Positions 43,337 through 54,180 of a stretch of 64,000 nt of DNA are shown here, piece after piece (position 1 is the stretch's first letter; each line of letters starts with the position of its first letter). Both the position numbers and the translations under genes were made by a program. The notes beneath the pieces were generated by a model that ran no database searches, was not told the origin of the DNA, and saw only the letters and a list, made by a program, of their open reading frames with translations. The DNA lies in the sequence record ON286974; one strand, given 5' to 3'. This DNA is from Escherichia phage W115.

Positions 43337-44284
43337 TTAGAACTCACCAATTTTCTGTAACATTTTAACTAACGCATTTGTTACAAAATAGTTATAAATT
43401 TTACCGCGTGGTGCTGGTTTAGATTTCTCCCATGCTAACAAAATTTCATATTCGATGTTATCAGGAATAAATTCAAAATCAATAAGTTCGCGGTTTTCGT
43501 CAAAGCGTCGTGCTTCTTCCTCTGTCATCAAAGACTTTGGATCTTCGGCATCGAAAATTTGCTCTAACCATTTGGTTGCAATTGGTTTAGCTCGTTCTCC
43601 TTCCAGTCGTGAGATAATGAAATCACTACGGCACTTGATCGAAGCTACACCGTCTTTTGCGTCACCCTTAACACATTTTACCATAAGGTCTTTGTAAGGG
43701 CTACCATATTTGCATTTCTTCCATGCTTTCTGTACTGGTGCCCACTGTTTCACATTTTTGTATTTGTGCAACTGTGTGTAGTCACCATCGCCGGAGTTGA
43801 TTAGCACCTGGCGACCTTCTACAGAAAACTTTTTAGTTAATACAGCGATTATATCATCCGCTTCAACTTTGTCAACCTTAATAACGTGATAAGGCATGTT
43901 CTCTTTAAACTCTTCGGTGATCTTATTGATCGCAGCAAAGATCATCTCCCAATCACGCGGATCTGCGTCTCGTTTTTCCTTACGGTTGCGTTTATAGTAA
44001 GGTGCGATATCACGTCGCCAGTAACCTTTGCTTGAATCAAAGGCAAGTACCGTAATTGGGTATTGCTCTTTGAATTTTGTCATATTATAACGCATGGTGT
44101 CAAGAATAAGATGACGAATCATGCCTTCATTAATAGGATCTTCCGGTTTAAAGGTATGCGAGATAGTAGCAATCATAAGCTGCGACATATCAATCAAATG
44201 CACACCTTCCGGCAGTTTATCTTCTGGATCATCGAAGAAATCATTAAGTGTAGCGGTAGTTTTTGTAAATGGGTTATACGTCAT
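43337..44284 (-). CDS. rnh: RNase H / 5'-3' flap exonuclease
   Basis: 315 aa; FEN-type N-terminus (HLIDMSQL), position before gene 34 as in T4. Confidence 0.75.
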   Translation of the reverse strand: MTYNPFTKTTATLNDFFDDPEDKLPEGVHLIDMSQLMIATISHTFKPEDPINEGMIRHLILDTMRYNMTKFKEQYPITVLAFDSSKGYWRRDIAPYYKRNRKEKRDADPRDWEMIFAAINKITEEFKENMPYHVIKVDKVEADDIIAVLTKKFSVEGRQVLINSGDGDYTQLHKYKNVKQWAPVQKAWKKCKYGSPYKDLMVKCVKGDAKDGVASIKCRSDFIISRLEGERAKPIATKWLEQIFDAEDPKSLMTEEEARRFDENRELIDFEFIPDNIEYEILLAWEKSKPAPRGKIYNYFVTNALVKMLQKIGEF

Positions 44285-44286
44285 AA

Positions 44287-44472
44287 TTAAGTTCTCTCCA
44301 CTCTCACAACAACATATTCGCCAAACGAGTTAGATACTTCACGATCATACCCGTATTTCTCCATAACTCGCAGAATTGCATTGTTTAATTCGGCACGGAA
44401 ATAATTGTAATCCTTATCAGGGATTCTGTCAACTACCCATTTTGCACCTTCTGACAAATCAACTTTAACCAT
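44287..44472 (-). CDS. hypothetical small protein (61 aa)
   Basis: Track ORF directly upstream of rnh. Confidence 0.4.
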   Translation of the reverse strand: MVKVDLSEGAKWVVDRIPDKDYNYFRAELNNAILRVMEKYGYDREVSNSFGEYVVVRVERT

Positions 44473-44510
44473 AATATATCATCCTCTTTTGTTTCTATCA
44501 AGCCTTATTT

Positions 44511-44518
44511 TATAAATA
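44511..44518 (+). promoter_or_regulatory. T4-type late promoter box TATAAATA upstream of gene 34
   Basis: Exact TATAAATA about 29 nt upstream of gp34 ATG; AAGGAG RBS. Confidence 0.5.
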
Positions 44519-44546
44519 TGAACATACTATAAAAGGAGACCCAATA

Positions 44547-47500
44547 ATGGCAGATTTTTCTCAACATTTCAAGGCCACATTTGGCTTTGACGCTGGTAAT
44601 GAAAAGGTCGTCAATGTAGCATTGGCTGATAAGAATGTCAACACCGATGCGGTCAACGTTGAATTTTTCAATTACCATAATGGTATTACTCAGTATGACA
44701 CAACTCGCGGTTATGATCAATACGGAACTACAATCTATCAAAACCGTCCGTATTATGCAAAAGAAGATATCACAAAGCCAGCAGGTGATTTTGACCCGAC
44801 TAAATGGCAAGCACTGCGCACGGACCCACGTTGGGATTATATTGCAGCAACTTCCGGTGATACTCCTTTAAAGTCTGGTGATTATATCGCAGCAGATGGT
44901 CAATTTGCAAACTTGACTTTCTCTATGCCAACTAAACCAGCAGAGGGAGACACTATAACAGTAAAAGATATCGGTGGCAAGTGTGGTGTTAACGAATTAT
45001 CGTTCTTGAGTACAGGACATGAGTTTTACCATAATGGTAATGTATATAACAGAAAATGGTATTGCACTACCCCGTATGCAATGAACTATTTCATCTTTGT
45101 TCGGAATCGTTGGCATGTTTATCAGACAGGAACAGAGCCACGCGGTGTGTACGCACAGCCAGCGATTGATGCTATTCAAATGCAGAATGGTGATCAGGTA
45201 TTTCGTCGTAGTTCGTTGGGTAATATTACCTTAGTGCTTCCTAAGTTTGCCAACAATGGCGACATGATCCAGACTACAGACCTTGACGGATTAACCGCAA
45301 CCAACCACGTTACGGTTAAAGTTCATGAGCACGCAGAAGAACAATCAATTGGCACGTCCGGTCTAAAAGAGATTATCGGTAAGCGTAGCGGTCATGGTGT
45401 ATTCATCTTTGACAAGACGGAAAACTTATGGCGTTTGTGGGATGGTGATCAGTCTGTTCGTCTTAAACCGATCATCAATGACACTCGCTTGCAACCTAAT
45501 AGCTATGTTGCTGTATTTGGTGGTCGTGATGTTACTCTGACGCTGCCGACCAATGTCGAGCCGGGTGATCGTATTCAAGTTTCTATGCAGTATATGCACG
45601 GAAACCAGACTTGCCGAATCATTACCTCAGAAGAGGATACAAAAATCCTTATGCAGAAAAACATGGTTCAGTTTCCTAAGCGTAGCGAGTACCCATTCAA
45701 TGGGACCGATACATGGACTGGAGTGTCTGAATTGTCTTTCAACGCTGCAAATGATTATGTACCTTATCTGGAGTTCTCTTATTCAGAAGGTGATGATGGT
45801 AAGAAATACTGGTTGGTGGCACATGCTCACCCGATTGTAGAACGAGTAGATCCGACTCGTAAAGATCGTGTTGGTGTAATTGCACTGGCTACCCAGACTG
45901 AAACGAATAAAAACCATGAAGAGAATCCTAGCGACGAAGTTGCTGTAACACCAAAAATGCTGGCTAATAAAACAGCCAACGAAACTCGACGCGGTATTGC
46001 TCGCATTGCGACTCAAGCGGAAACGCATCAAGATACTGGTTCCAACTTCCTGGATGATGTTATCGTTACACCCAAAAAGTTAAATGACTGTGTTGCTACC
46101 GAAGCCCGTCGTGGTGTGATGGAAATTGCAACCCAGCACGAAACCAATGAAGGTTTAGACGATACCCGCGCTATTACTCCTAAGAAATTAGAAGAACGTC
46201 GCGCTTCCGAAGATCTAGCTGGTATTGCTGAAATTGTTCAGGCTGGCGGTAGTGCTGCCGCTCGACGTGGCGAAGCTGGTACAGGGATCTATAACATCAA
46301 CGACCATGCTAAAATTGTTACGCCACAAAACATCAACGAAGTCAAGGCGACCGAAACTTCCCGTGGTGTTGGCTATCTGGCAACTGACGCGGAAGTGCAA
46401 GGGGCTACAGAATCAACCCCGCAAGATGCTTTACTAATCACGACTCGCACGCTAACGAAACGTACTGCTACCGAATCGCGCACTGGTATCGCTGAAATTG
46501 CAACTCAGGAAGAAACAAACTTAGGTCAAAGTGATAACCATATCATCACGCCTAAAAAGCTGCATACTCGCCGCGCAACTGAAACTTTACATGGTTTAGC
46601 AGAAATTGCAACTCAACCGGAGTTTGACGCAGGTCGTGACGATTCTCGCATTTCTACCCCATTGAAGATTAAAACCTTCTTTGAGAATGCACAGCGTTTG
46701 AAAGTAGATCCGACTCAGGGGCTTAACCTTACTGGTGATTTGTGGCAAGGTATCATGATCAGCGGTCTGGATGCAACCGAAGACACAAAAGGTGTCGCTA
46801 AAGTTGCTACTACTCAGCTTACTGACGCTGGTCAAGATGATACTACAATCATCACGCCTAAAAAGCTGCAAGGCAAAAAGGCCACCGAAGGTAAAGAAGG
46901 CATTATCCGAGTTGGTACTCAAGCCGAAACCGTGGCTGGTATTATGGACAATGTAGCAATTTCTCCGAAGAACTTCAAATATGTTGTTCAGACAGAGGAT
47001 ACATGGAAAGCAACCGAAGCGCGTCGTGGATTCTTGAAAGTTGCTACTCAGGAAAACTGTTTTGTTGGTGATAATCTGCAAGGTTCTACTCAAGAACTAG
47101 GAAACTACCAGCATGACGGAATTGCTGTTACCCCTAAAGGATTAAACTACGCACTTGCTAATTTCTTACCTAAGATGGCAACCGCTCAGAATAGTTTGAA
47201 ATTGGGTAACGTAGAGGCCTCTAAATGGGCGCGTAGAGACATTGACCAGACCATTGAGAGCAATTACACGTTTAATAAAAACGTTAACGTGAAGGGCGAT
47301 TTAGAGTGCTTAAAATCTGGTTCCTTTGAAACTCTGTCTGTGACTAAGAACTCGACCGATGTTCCGAGTAATGGTCATCTGGTGTTGGGTGAGCGTGGAG
47401 TTGACGGTCACACCGGAATTACTCTGCATGGCACAACCGCATCGGAAGGCATGAAAAACTCTTGGTCTATTATCGTTGGTGGTACTGGAACAGCGCAAGT

Positions 47501-48287
47501 TGTTGATAGTGATGCTATCGCTTTCGGTAAAATCAATGATGGTGGAGTCGTTGAGCATTACGCCTTTGCTATGAAACACAATGGCGACGCGACAGCATAT
47601 AGAGACTTTATTGCAGGTCGTAACCTGTATGCGAAACAAGGCGGTTTATACATTGTTGACCAGTCTAATCCGGCAATGACTCGTTCCCCAGATGGTATGC
47701 TGAATATCGGTCACGGTGGAAGTGTTAACATCAAGGCAGGGCATCAAACGTTAACTACAGAGATCGCCGGACAGAAATATCAGATCGTACACGCAGGAAA
47801 CGCTGACGAAGTTCTTAACCGTCAGTTTGTTAAGAATGCTGGCGATACAATGGTCGGTAAGCTGACTATGGATAATGCGCCTATTGTTTCTGTTAAGCAT
47901 GAAGCTAGCGCGGCAACCGCTCCGGCAATCGGTAACATCGGTTTCTGGAATATGCGAGTTACTACCCAGAACATCAAAGAAACTTATCCAGAGAAGAAAA
48001 ACGGTACTCTGATGCAATGGGGTACTGACGCGGACGGGCTTACCCAGCTTTGGTCCCCTGATGGTACTCATAAACATTATATCCGTTCCGGTACTGGTGG
48101 TCAATGGACCGCATGGGGTGAAATTTACACCAAACAGAATAAGCCTACCGCTCAGGAAATCGGGGCAGTAGTTGCAGAAGGTGGTTTAATGAACTCTATG
48201 ACGGTTCGTGATTGGATCAAAGTTGGTAATGTTAAAATCATCGCCAATAATCTGACTCGTACCGTAGACTTTATCTGGGAAGACTAA
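44547..48287 (+). CDS. 34: long tail fibre proximal subunit gp34
   Basis: 1246 aa; N-terminus similar to T4 gp34; repeated ATQ.E motifs. Confidence 0.85.
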   Translation: MADFSQHFKATFGFDAGNEKVVNVALADKNVNTDAVNVEFFNYHNGITQYDTTRGYDQYGTTIYQNRPYYAKEDITKPAGDFDPTKWQALRTDPRWDYIAATSGDTPLKSGDYIAADGQFANLTFSMPTKPAEGDTITVKDIGGKCGVNELSFLSTGHEFYHNGNVYNRKWYCTTPYAMNYFIFVRNRWHVYQTGTEPRGVYAQPAIDAIQMQNGDQVFRRSSLGNITLVLPKFANNGDMIQTTDLDGLTATNHVTVKVHEHAEEQSIGTSGLKEIIGKRSGHGVFIFDKTENLWRLWDGDQSVRLKPIINDTRLQPNSYVAVFGGRDVTLTLPTNVEPGDRIQVSMQYMHGNQTCRIITSEEDTKILMQKNMVQFPKRSEYPFNGTDTWTGVSELSFNAANDYVPYLEFSYSEGDDGKKYWLVAHAHPIVERVDPTRKDRVGVIALATQTETNKNHEENPSDEVAVTPKMLANKTANETRRGIARIATQAETHQDTGSNFLDDVIVTPKKLNDCVATEARRGVMEIATQHETNEGLDDTRAITPKKLEERRASEDLAGIAEIVQAGGSAAARRGEAGTGIYNINDHAKIVTPQNINEVKATETSRGVGYLATDAEVQGATESTPQDALLITTRTLTKRTATESRTGIAEIATQEETNLGQSDNHIITPKKLHTRRATETLHGLAEIATQPEFDAGRDDSRISTPLKIKTFFENAQRLKVDPTQGLNLTGDLWQGIMISGLDATEDTKGVAKVATTQLTDAGQDDTTIITPKKLQGKKATEGKEGIIRVGTQAETVAGIMDNVAISPKNFKYVVQTEDTWKATEARRGFLKVATQENCFVGDNLQGSTQELGNYQHDGIAVTPKGLNYALANFLPKMATAQNSLKLGNVEASKWARRDIDQTIESNYTFNKNVNVKGDLECLKSGSFETLSVTKNSTDVPSNGHLVLGERGVDGHTGITLHGTTASEGMKNSWSIIVGGTGTAQVVDSDAIAFGKINDGGVVEHYAFAMKHNGDATAYRDFIAGRNLYAKQGGLYIVDQSNPAMTRSPDGMLNIGHGGSVNIKAGHQTLTTEIAGQKYQIVHAGNADEVLNRQFVKNAGDTMVGKLTMDNAPIVSVKHEASAATAPAIGNIGFWNMRVTTQNIKETYPEKKNGTLMQWGTDADGLTQLWSPDGTHKHYIRSGTGGQWTAWGEIYTKQNKPTAQEIGAVVAEGGLMNSMTVRDWIKVGNVKIIANNLTRTVDFIWED

Positions 48288-48320
48288 TTAAAGGGGGCGA
48301 AAGCCCCCTATGGGGTTATT

Positions 48321-49460
48321 ATGACACAAGATATAGAATTACGCAATACTGGAATTAGGTTTGCGCATTTCGACGAAGACTCTGCGACATTTACCAGCAT
48401 TTCAGAAAATAACTCTGTGATGTATAAGCTGGAAGTGCGCGGATCTAATGCGGATTCTACCAAACCAGCAAGGATTAGATTTAATGGAGTGGAGATCGTT
48501 GGCACTGGCTATGAAAATGGCCTAAATTTTAAAGTTCTTACTCCAACTGGACAACTACACGAAGAAAAGGTATTCTATGGTCGCGGTGCTGTTTTGGCAA
48601 TGCGTGATTATCTTTCTTTGCTGAAAGGTGACTATATCATTGCGATGGCAACGCATGGAGAATTGTTTGCAGATCCGATAAGTGATGTTGTATTTTCTAA
48701 GATGGGATCTGTATCATTCCCGAATCACATTTTGCTACAGCAAATGCCTCGTGTATCCTATGCAGCAATTTATTCTACTAAAATGGGTAAAATTGTGTGC
48801 GAAGGGATGCAAGCGACCAACGGGGAAGGACAAGATTCATCTATACAAATTGAGAAGGTTTATGATACTATAGATGATCTTGCTATAACAGGAACACCAC
48901 AACGATTTTTAGATTATCCGGTTGAGTATGTTAGCGAAGATGCCGAACATTTCGAGCTAATACAATGGCCTCATGATGAGACCAGCGCCCCACTTGAGGA
49001 TTTTAACATAAAGGCAGGTGACAAACTATCAATATCCTTTGAATTGTTCCGTGATAGTGCCGCAGCCGCAGCCAACGTAACAGCGCGTTTCTATCACAAC
49101 TACTTCACCGATGGACAATATCAAACTGGTGTTCGATACAATGCCAGCAAAAAAGACCAATGGGAAAAGTTTGAAGCCGTCTATACCGTACCGGAAGGAG
49201 TTGATAGTGTAGTAACTGGTTGTATCAGATATCCAACCAACTCCAATGAAGGTATTGTTAAAATTAGAAACATACTAATAACGCCGATCAGTGGAGTCGT
49301 CAAAACTACTGGTCCTACTTCATTTGGTGTTAATGGTGTTAGAACAACTCATATTCAGGATAACGGTGATTTTACTAACCCTGTAATGAGTCTTCTTAAA
49401 CTACCCAGAGATAATAAACACATCACATCCAACAACTTTAAAGAGTTCGATGTTGATTAA
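48321..49460 (+). CDS. 35: long tail fibre hinge protein gp35
   Basis: 379 aa; synteny; FGVNGVR motif. Confidence 0.7.
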   Translation: MTQDIELRNTGIRFAHFDEDSATFTSISENNSVMYKLEVRGSNADSTKPARIRFNGVEIVGTGYENGLNFKVLTPTGQLHEEKVFYGRGAVLAMRDYLSLLKGDYIIAMATHGELFADPISDVVFSKMGSVSFPNHILLQQMPRVSYAAIYSTKMGKIVCEGMQATNGEGQDSSIQIEKVYDTIDDLAITGTPQRFLDYPVEYVSEDAEHFELIQWPHDETSAPLEDFNIKAGDKLSISFELFRDSAAAAANVTARFYHNYFTDGQYQTGVRYNASKKDQWEKFEAVYTVPEGVDSVVTGCIRYPTNSNEGIVKIRNILITPISGVVKTTGPTSFGVNGVRTTHIQDNGDFTNPVMSLLKLPRDNKHITSNNFKEFDVD

Positions 49461-49470
49461 CATTTTTAAC

Positions 49471-49500
49471 AAGCCGATCCATGTGGTCGGCTTTATTTTT
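49471..49500 (+). terminator. rho-independent terminator after gene 35
   Basis: Hairpin agccgatcc-atg-tggtcggct followed by T-run. Confidence 0.6.
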
Positions 49501-49620
49501 ATACAGTTGGTTAAATTGTAACCAAAACGAAGAAAGATCTTTAGAATAATAGAAATTTGTTTCGGTTAAAAATTAGTCAGTGCCTACGGCACGTCGCGAA
49601 GCGATATTTTGTTAACATTC

Positions 49621-49628
49621 TATAAATA
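49621..49628 (+). promoter_or_regulatory. T4-type late promoter box TATAAATA upstream of gene 36
   Basis: Exact TATAAATA about 34 nt upstream of gp36 ATG. Confidence 0.5.
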
Positions 49629-49661
49629 CTCGGAACTATAACTAATTTTTGAGGTTACTTT

Positions 49662-51152
49662 ATGGCAGATTTGAAATATGGATCTACTGTAGGTGGATCG
49701 CCCATTTGGACGCAAGGAAACTTGACGATCCAGCCAGCGGGGGATCAGCTTTTCTACAAAGGTCATAAAATCTATACCGCTTTTGATAGACCTTCGGCTA
49801 CCGATTTTGATGCTGTTAGTGCATCCGAAGGTGGCACATTTCAAAAGCAAGTTCATTTCGAGGAAGGTTTAAGCGTAGGTAGCGCATCGGCTGGAGAAAC
49901 CAAAAAGAATGGTATCTTTAAAGGGCAGAGTGACGCTGCTAATTTTGACGGCGTAAGCTGGGGTTTGCATTCATGGAAGTCAATCGGCTTTGTTAATGCC
50001 CGTGATGGCGTTATCATGGCGTATATTGACACCACAACGGGCGAATTTAAGTCTAAAGGGACTATCGAAGGGACAACCATTAAAGATACAGGTCAACGCG
50101 TCTATAGCCCTGTTAATAAACCAACGAATAATGATTTGGATTTAGTTTCCCGTCGCGGTGATACTCTCACAGGAACATATAATTTAAACACTGTCACTGT
50201 TAAACTATCGGTTGATTCGAAATTAATTGCAAGGGAACGTGATTTAATTAATTTTGATGCGACTAAGATCTATTATGGTAACGTTCTTGATACGTTGGTC
50301 TTCCGAAGTAAAGATGAGCCTACCATTTTTGTTAATGGCAAAGAAGGTCGTTTTTATCACACCAACAATAAACCAACTAAAGCCGATGTTGGACTAGGTA
50401 ATGTCACCAATGATGCACAGGTTAAACGTGCTGGTGATATTATGGAAGGTAACTTGCAAGCGCCTAGAATGTTGGCGACAAACGATCCTGCTGGTCCTAA
50501 TGAATTGGTTCGTTTGAGCTACTTTGAGAGAAAATCAATGGTAGCAAATCCAACCATCATTGGAAACGTTGATTGGAACACTCTTATTAATCGCGGTATC
50601 TATCGTGTGGAAAATGCTGGGTCGGGTACTAATAAACCGTCTGATAGCTATTATAACGGCGTTTTGATGGTATATCGCCCAGAAGATGCGGTCGGTACTC
50701 GTCGAATTGTTCAGGTGTATTATCCTGAATCTATTGACCATCCGATGTGCTGGCGTTCGTGTTCTAATGAATCATGGACTGCATGGAACTATGTAGATCA
50801 CCGTAAATTAGCCGATATTCGCTATGTTAACGTAACTGGCGATACCATGACAGGACCGTTAACTGTTCCGGCTGCAAATGGCGTTAGAACAGCTAAAACT
50901 AACTATAACGGGGATAACTGTTATGCGGCGTTAAGCGGTGCTGATGGTACTGCTATGATTCACCGCATTAGTGATATTAAAGGGACCGAAAAGCTGGGGA
51001 TCACCCACGACTCAAAGGTCGTGTTTTTCCGTTCTAGAAACAATACTCAAACCGTGGACCGCTATCAGCTTTATCATGAAGGTAATAAACCTACTCCGGC
51101 TGATGTTGGAGCGGTTCCACTTAATGCGGTGATTGATTTTGGTACTTTCTAA
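49662..51152 (+). CDS. 36: long tail fibre distal connector gp36 (enlarged)
   Basis: 496 aa; N-terminus MADLKYGSTVGGSPIWTQGN like T4 gp36 but more than twice as long. Confidence 0.7.
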   Translation: MADLKYGSTVGGSPIWTQGNLTIQPAGDQLFYKGHKIYTAFDRPSATDFDAVSASEGGTFQKQVHFEEGLSVGSASAGETKKNGIFKGQSDAANFDGVSWGLHSWKSIGFVNARDGVIMAYIDTTTGEFKSKGTIEGTTIKDTGQRVYSPVNKPTNNDLDLVSRRGDTLTGTYNLNTVTVKLSVDSKLIARERDLINFDATKIYYGNVLDTLVFRSKDEPTIFVNGKEGRFYHTNNKPTKADVGLGNVTNDAQVKRAGDIMEGNLQAPRMLATNDPAGPNELVRLSYFERKSMVANPTIIGNVDWNTLINRGIYRVENAGSGTNKPSDSYYNGVLMVYRPEDAVGTRRIVQVYYPESIDHPMCWRSCSNESWTAWNYVDHRKLADIRYVNVTGDTMTGPLTVPAANGVRTAKTNYNGDNCYAALSGADGTAMIHRISDIKGTEKLGITHDSKVVFFRSRNNTQTVDRYQLYHEGNKPTPADVGAVPLNAVIDFGTF

Positions 51153-51156
51153 TTTT

Positions 51157-51182
51157 AGCGGGGATTATCTCCCCGCTTTTCT
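51157..51182 (+). terminator. rho-independent terminator after gene 36
   Basis: Hairpin gcgggga-ttatc-tccccgc followed by T-run. Confidence 0.6.
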
Positions 51183-51222
51183 AAATAATATTATTCTAAT
51201 AACCGTTTAAGGATTTTATAAA

Positions 51223-54138
51223 ATGGCAGATTTAAGCAGAATCCAATTTAAACGCACTAGCACTAAAGGTCGTAAACCGGATGCTAGTACGATGAATCCG
51301 GGGGAATTGGCAATCAACCTTGCGGATCAATATCTTCTTACTAAAAATGATTCCGGTGATATTATCAATTTAAGTTGTCCTCCGGTGTATGACCGCGATG
51401 TTACAATGGCGGGTAAGGTTAAAGGTAATAATTATATCTTAGGTAAAACCGCCAACTATCTGGAAGATCAGACAGCGCGAGATCTTAACTATTTTGGTGC
51501 TTTCCGTACCAATGGTCTTGATGGTTTTCTCGAACTCACGCTAAACGTTCCTCATTCTTCTGGTGTTCAGCATGGTCGAGGATTTACTTTCCAGTATGGA
51601 CACACAGGAAACCGTGTAGAAACTTATGGTTATAATAAAGAAGGACAAAAAGCATTTAGTTATAAAATGTATCACGAAGGTGATAAACCAACTCCAGGAG
51701 AATTGAACGTCTATAGCAAACAAGAAATTGACAGAATGTTTATTAAAAACGTTAAAATGTCTGTTCCTTCCGGTGACGCAACTCGTGGTTACTTTAAGAT
51801 CGCGACCGCAATGATTCCGCAGAATGGTCGAATGGCATTTTTACGGATTTACGGCGGAAACGGATATAATGTTAACTCCTACGATCAGGTGGATTTCCTT
51901 GAAATTGTGATTCGTGGTGGTAATAATAACCCTAAAGGTGTTAGTATTGCTGCATATCGTCGTAATTCTTTGAACGTCCATGAAGTATTTGCAATTAATA
52001 CTTCCGGTGATAACTATGACATTTATGTTAACTATGGTCGTTACACCGATAACGTTATTGTAGAGTTTGGAAAAACTGTTGATGTTGCATTGACTGTTCA
52101 TGATGTTCCTGAATTTTCGGCGACTAAACCAGCAACCGGAACTAAATTTGATGCTCGTGTTATTACAATGTTCAACACCGAAAACAAAGCCGGAACGTTG
52201 ATGTTTGATAATAACGGTCAAGGAACGTATGATATTATCAGCTTGAATAACTCGACTGATAGCAATAAAAAATATCTTCGTAAGTTTCGTAGCAAATCCG
52301 CAGAAACAATATGGCATGAAGTTGTCGAGGGTAGCGTATATCGTTTAGCTACGGGCGTTACTGATCAGTCAGACCAACTAAAAATTGATTTTAATGGGGT
52401 TACTGTAAATCGTCTTTTCGTTAAGGGAAATAATGCTATCAGAATGGAGCGTAGAGACGGACAAAGTAATTACCTAGAATTTTATGATTATCGTTCCGGT
52501 GCTAACCGCCGTCAAGGTTATCTAGGATATGGTGACGGTACTACTAACACCGTACAGTTAGTAAATGAATTAACGGAAGGTACTAACTCATTACGACTGG
52601 ATGATACTGGTCAGGTTACGCTGTCAGTAGGCAAAACAAAAATTGTATATACCAACGGACAATATTATTCCGCTAACTCTGATGCATTCCGTATGATTTA
52701 CGGCAATTATGGCGCATTCTGGCGAAATGATGGTCAAAAAGTATATTTGTTGTCTACTGCCGAAAATGATCGTTTTGGTGGATGGAACGGCAACCGACCA
52801 TTCATTTACGACCTGTCAACTGGTAAAGTTACTTTAGGTGGCGACGGTAACGAAGGCGCATTAGTTCTCGAAAGAGATAGCCGTGCGGCTAGATTTGCAG
52901 GTGACATTTATGTCGGTAACGGGATGTTAACCTTTGATGCTGGGCGATTAAATTCTCGTGATTACTTCCGATTTAATCATTGGGGCGATAGCAATAACGC
53001 TCGTGATAACATCTTACAGCTTGACGATAGCAAGGGTGCTCATTTTACCACTGAACGTACTTTAGCAACTGGTGCAATTAAAACTAAATTCTTCGGTGAT
53101 TTGGAATCTGCTGGTCAAATTAAATGGGGTAAAGGGACCGCCACATCTACGTTTAATATACGTGTGTGGGGTGCTGATGCTCGTAAACAGGTGTTTGAGT
53201 GTGCTGATGAAAGCGGTTGGCATTGGTATACCCAACGTCCGGGCGGTCCAGATACTTCTGCAATTGAGTTTGTCATCAATGGTACTGTTAAACCTCAAGC
53301 AATCCACACTGGCGGTAATATCACGCTTAACGGTGCTGATATTGAATTTAAACGAAGCGGTAACAAGCATTTATGGTTTAGAGATCCGAACGGCTTAGAG
53401 TTGGGTCTGTTGTACTGCGATGATGCTGGTGTTATGCGTATTCGTGGGGAGAAATCGACCGAAGTATGGAAATTCTCAGCAAAACAGATTCATCTGGAAA
53501 CTGGTACTGCCGGAAATGGTGTAGGCTTGCTTCGTGGTGCTGTAGGTGGTGGCGCATGGACTCAATGGCGAGATCGTGGCACTGGCTTGCAGGTTGATTG
53601 TCAGCAATCTGAAAACTCAGCGCATAACGTATGGAGAGCTACGCATCAAGGAAAATACCACATCGCGGCAATGGGTGTACACGTTCCTGGTGGTACTATC
53701 GGAAATGCTATGGTGCGTATTCACGTACACGATGCAACTTTTGACTTTAGCGCAACTGGTGATTTCCAAGCAGGTCGTAACGGTAATTTTAACGATGTGT
53801 ACATTCGTTCTGATGCTCGCCTGAAAATCAATAAGGAAGAGTATAAAGAGAATGCTACCGATAAAGTTAATCGCTTGACGGTATACACCTATGACAAGGT
53901 TAAATCTTTAAGTGACCGTACTGTCATTGCTCATGAAGTTGGTATTATTGCTCAGGATCTTGAGAAAGAATTGCCAGAAGCAGTAAAAACCTCGAAGATC
54001 GGCGACGGTGATACACCAGAAGAGATCTTAACAATTTCTAACTCTGCTGTCAACGCTCTTTTAATTAAGGCGTTTCAGGAAATGAGCGAAGAATTGAAAG
54101 CCGTTAAAGCTGAACTAGCGGAACTTAAAAAGAATTAA
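51223..54138 (+). CDS. 37: long tail fibre distal subunit gp37 with C-terminal intramolecular chaperone domain
   Basis: 971 aa; N-terminus like T4 gp37; C-terminal 107 aa carry SDARLKINKEEY...GIIAQDLEKELPEAV...coiled-coil typical of the self-cleaving chaperone (peptidase S74-type) domain. Confidence 0.8.
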   Translation: MADLSRIQFKRTSTKGRKPDASTMNPGELAINLADQYLLTKNDSGDIINLSCPPVYDRDVTMAGKVKGNNYILGKTANYLEDQTARDLNYFGAFRTNGLDGFLELTLNVPHSSGVQHGRGFTFQYGHTGNRVETYGYNKEGQKAFSYKMYHEGDKPTPGELNVYSKQEIDRMFIKNVKMSVPSGDATRGYFKIATAMIPQNGRMAFLRIYGGNGYNVNSYDQVDFLEIVIRGGNNNPKGVSIAAYRRNSLNVHEVFAINTSGDNYDIYVNYGRYTDNVIVEFGKTVDVALTVHDVPEFSATKPATGTKFDARVITMFNTENKAGTLMFDNNGQGTYDIISLNNSTDSNKKYLRKFRSKSAETIWHEVVEGSVYRLATGVTDQSDQLKIDFNGVTVNRLFVKGNNAIRMERRDGQSNYLEFYDYRSGANRRQGYLGYGDGTTNTVQLVNELTEGTNSLRLDDTGQVTLSVGKTKIVYTNGQYYSANSDAFRMIYGNYGAFWRNDGQKVYLLSTAENDRFGGWNGNRPFIYDLSTGKVTLGGDGNEGALVLERDSRAARFAGDIYVGNGMLTFDAGRLNSRDYFRFNHWGDSNNARDNILQLDDSKGAHFTTERTLATGAIKTKFFGDLESAGQIKWGKGTATSTFNIRVWGADARKQVFECADESGWHWYTQRPGGPDTSAIEFVINGTVKPQAIHTGGNITLNGADIEFKRSGNKHLWFRDPNGLELGLLYCDDAGVMRIRGEKSTEVWKFSAKQIHLETGTAGNGVGLLRGAVGGGAWTQWRDRGTGLQVDCQQSENSAHNVWRATHQGKYHIAAMGVHVPGGTIGNAMVRIHVHDATFDFSATGDFQAGRNGNFNDVYIRSDARLKINKEEYKENATDKVNRLTVYTYDKVKSLSDRTVIAHEVGIIAQDLEKELPEAVKTSKIGDGDTPEEILTISNSAVNALLIKAFQEMSEELKAVKAELAELKKN

Positions 54139-54180
54139 GGAAAAATCCCAGGGAAGGGAAACTACTAAGGAGAAACGGCT

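Noticed and set aside
44505-44810. Minus-strand 101-aa ORF overlapping the gene 34 start and late promoter
   Set aside because: Overlaps the strongly supported gp34 N-terminus and its TATAAATA promoter; hydrophobic low-complexity translation typical of a spurious antisense frame.
48293-48308. Terminator between genes 34 and 35
   Set aside because: The hairpin gggggc-gaaa-gccccc is not followed by a U-run, so it is more likely an intercistronic stabilising stem-loop than a terminator.
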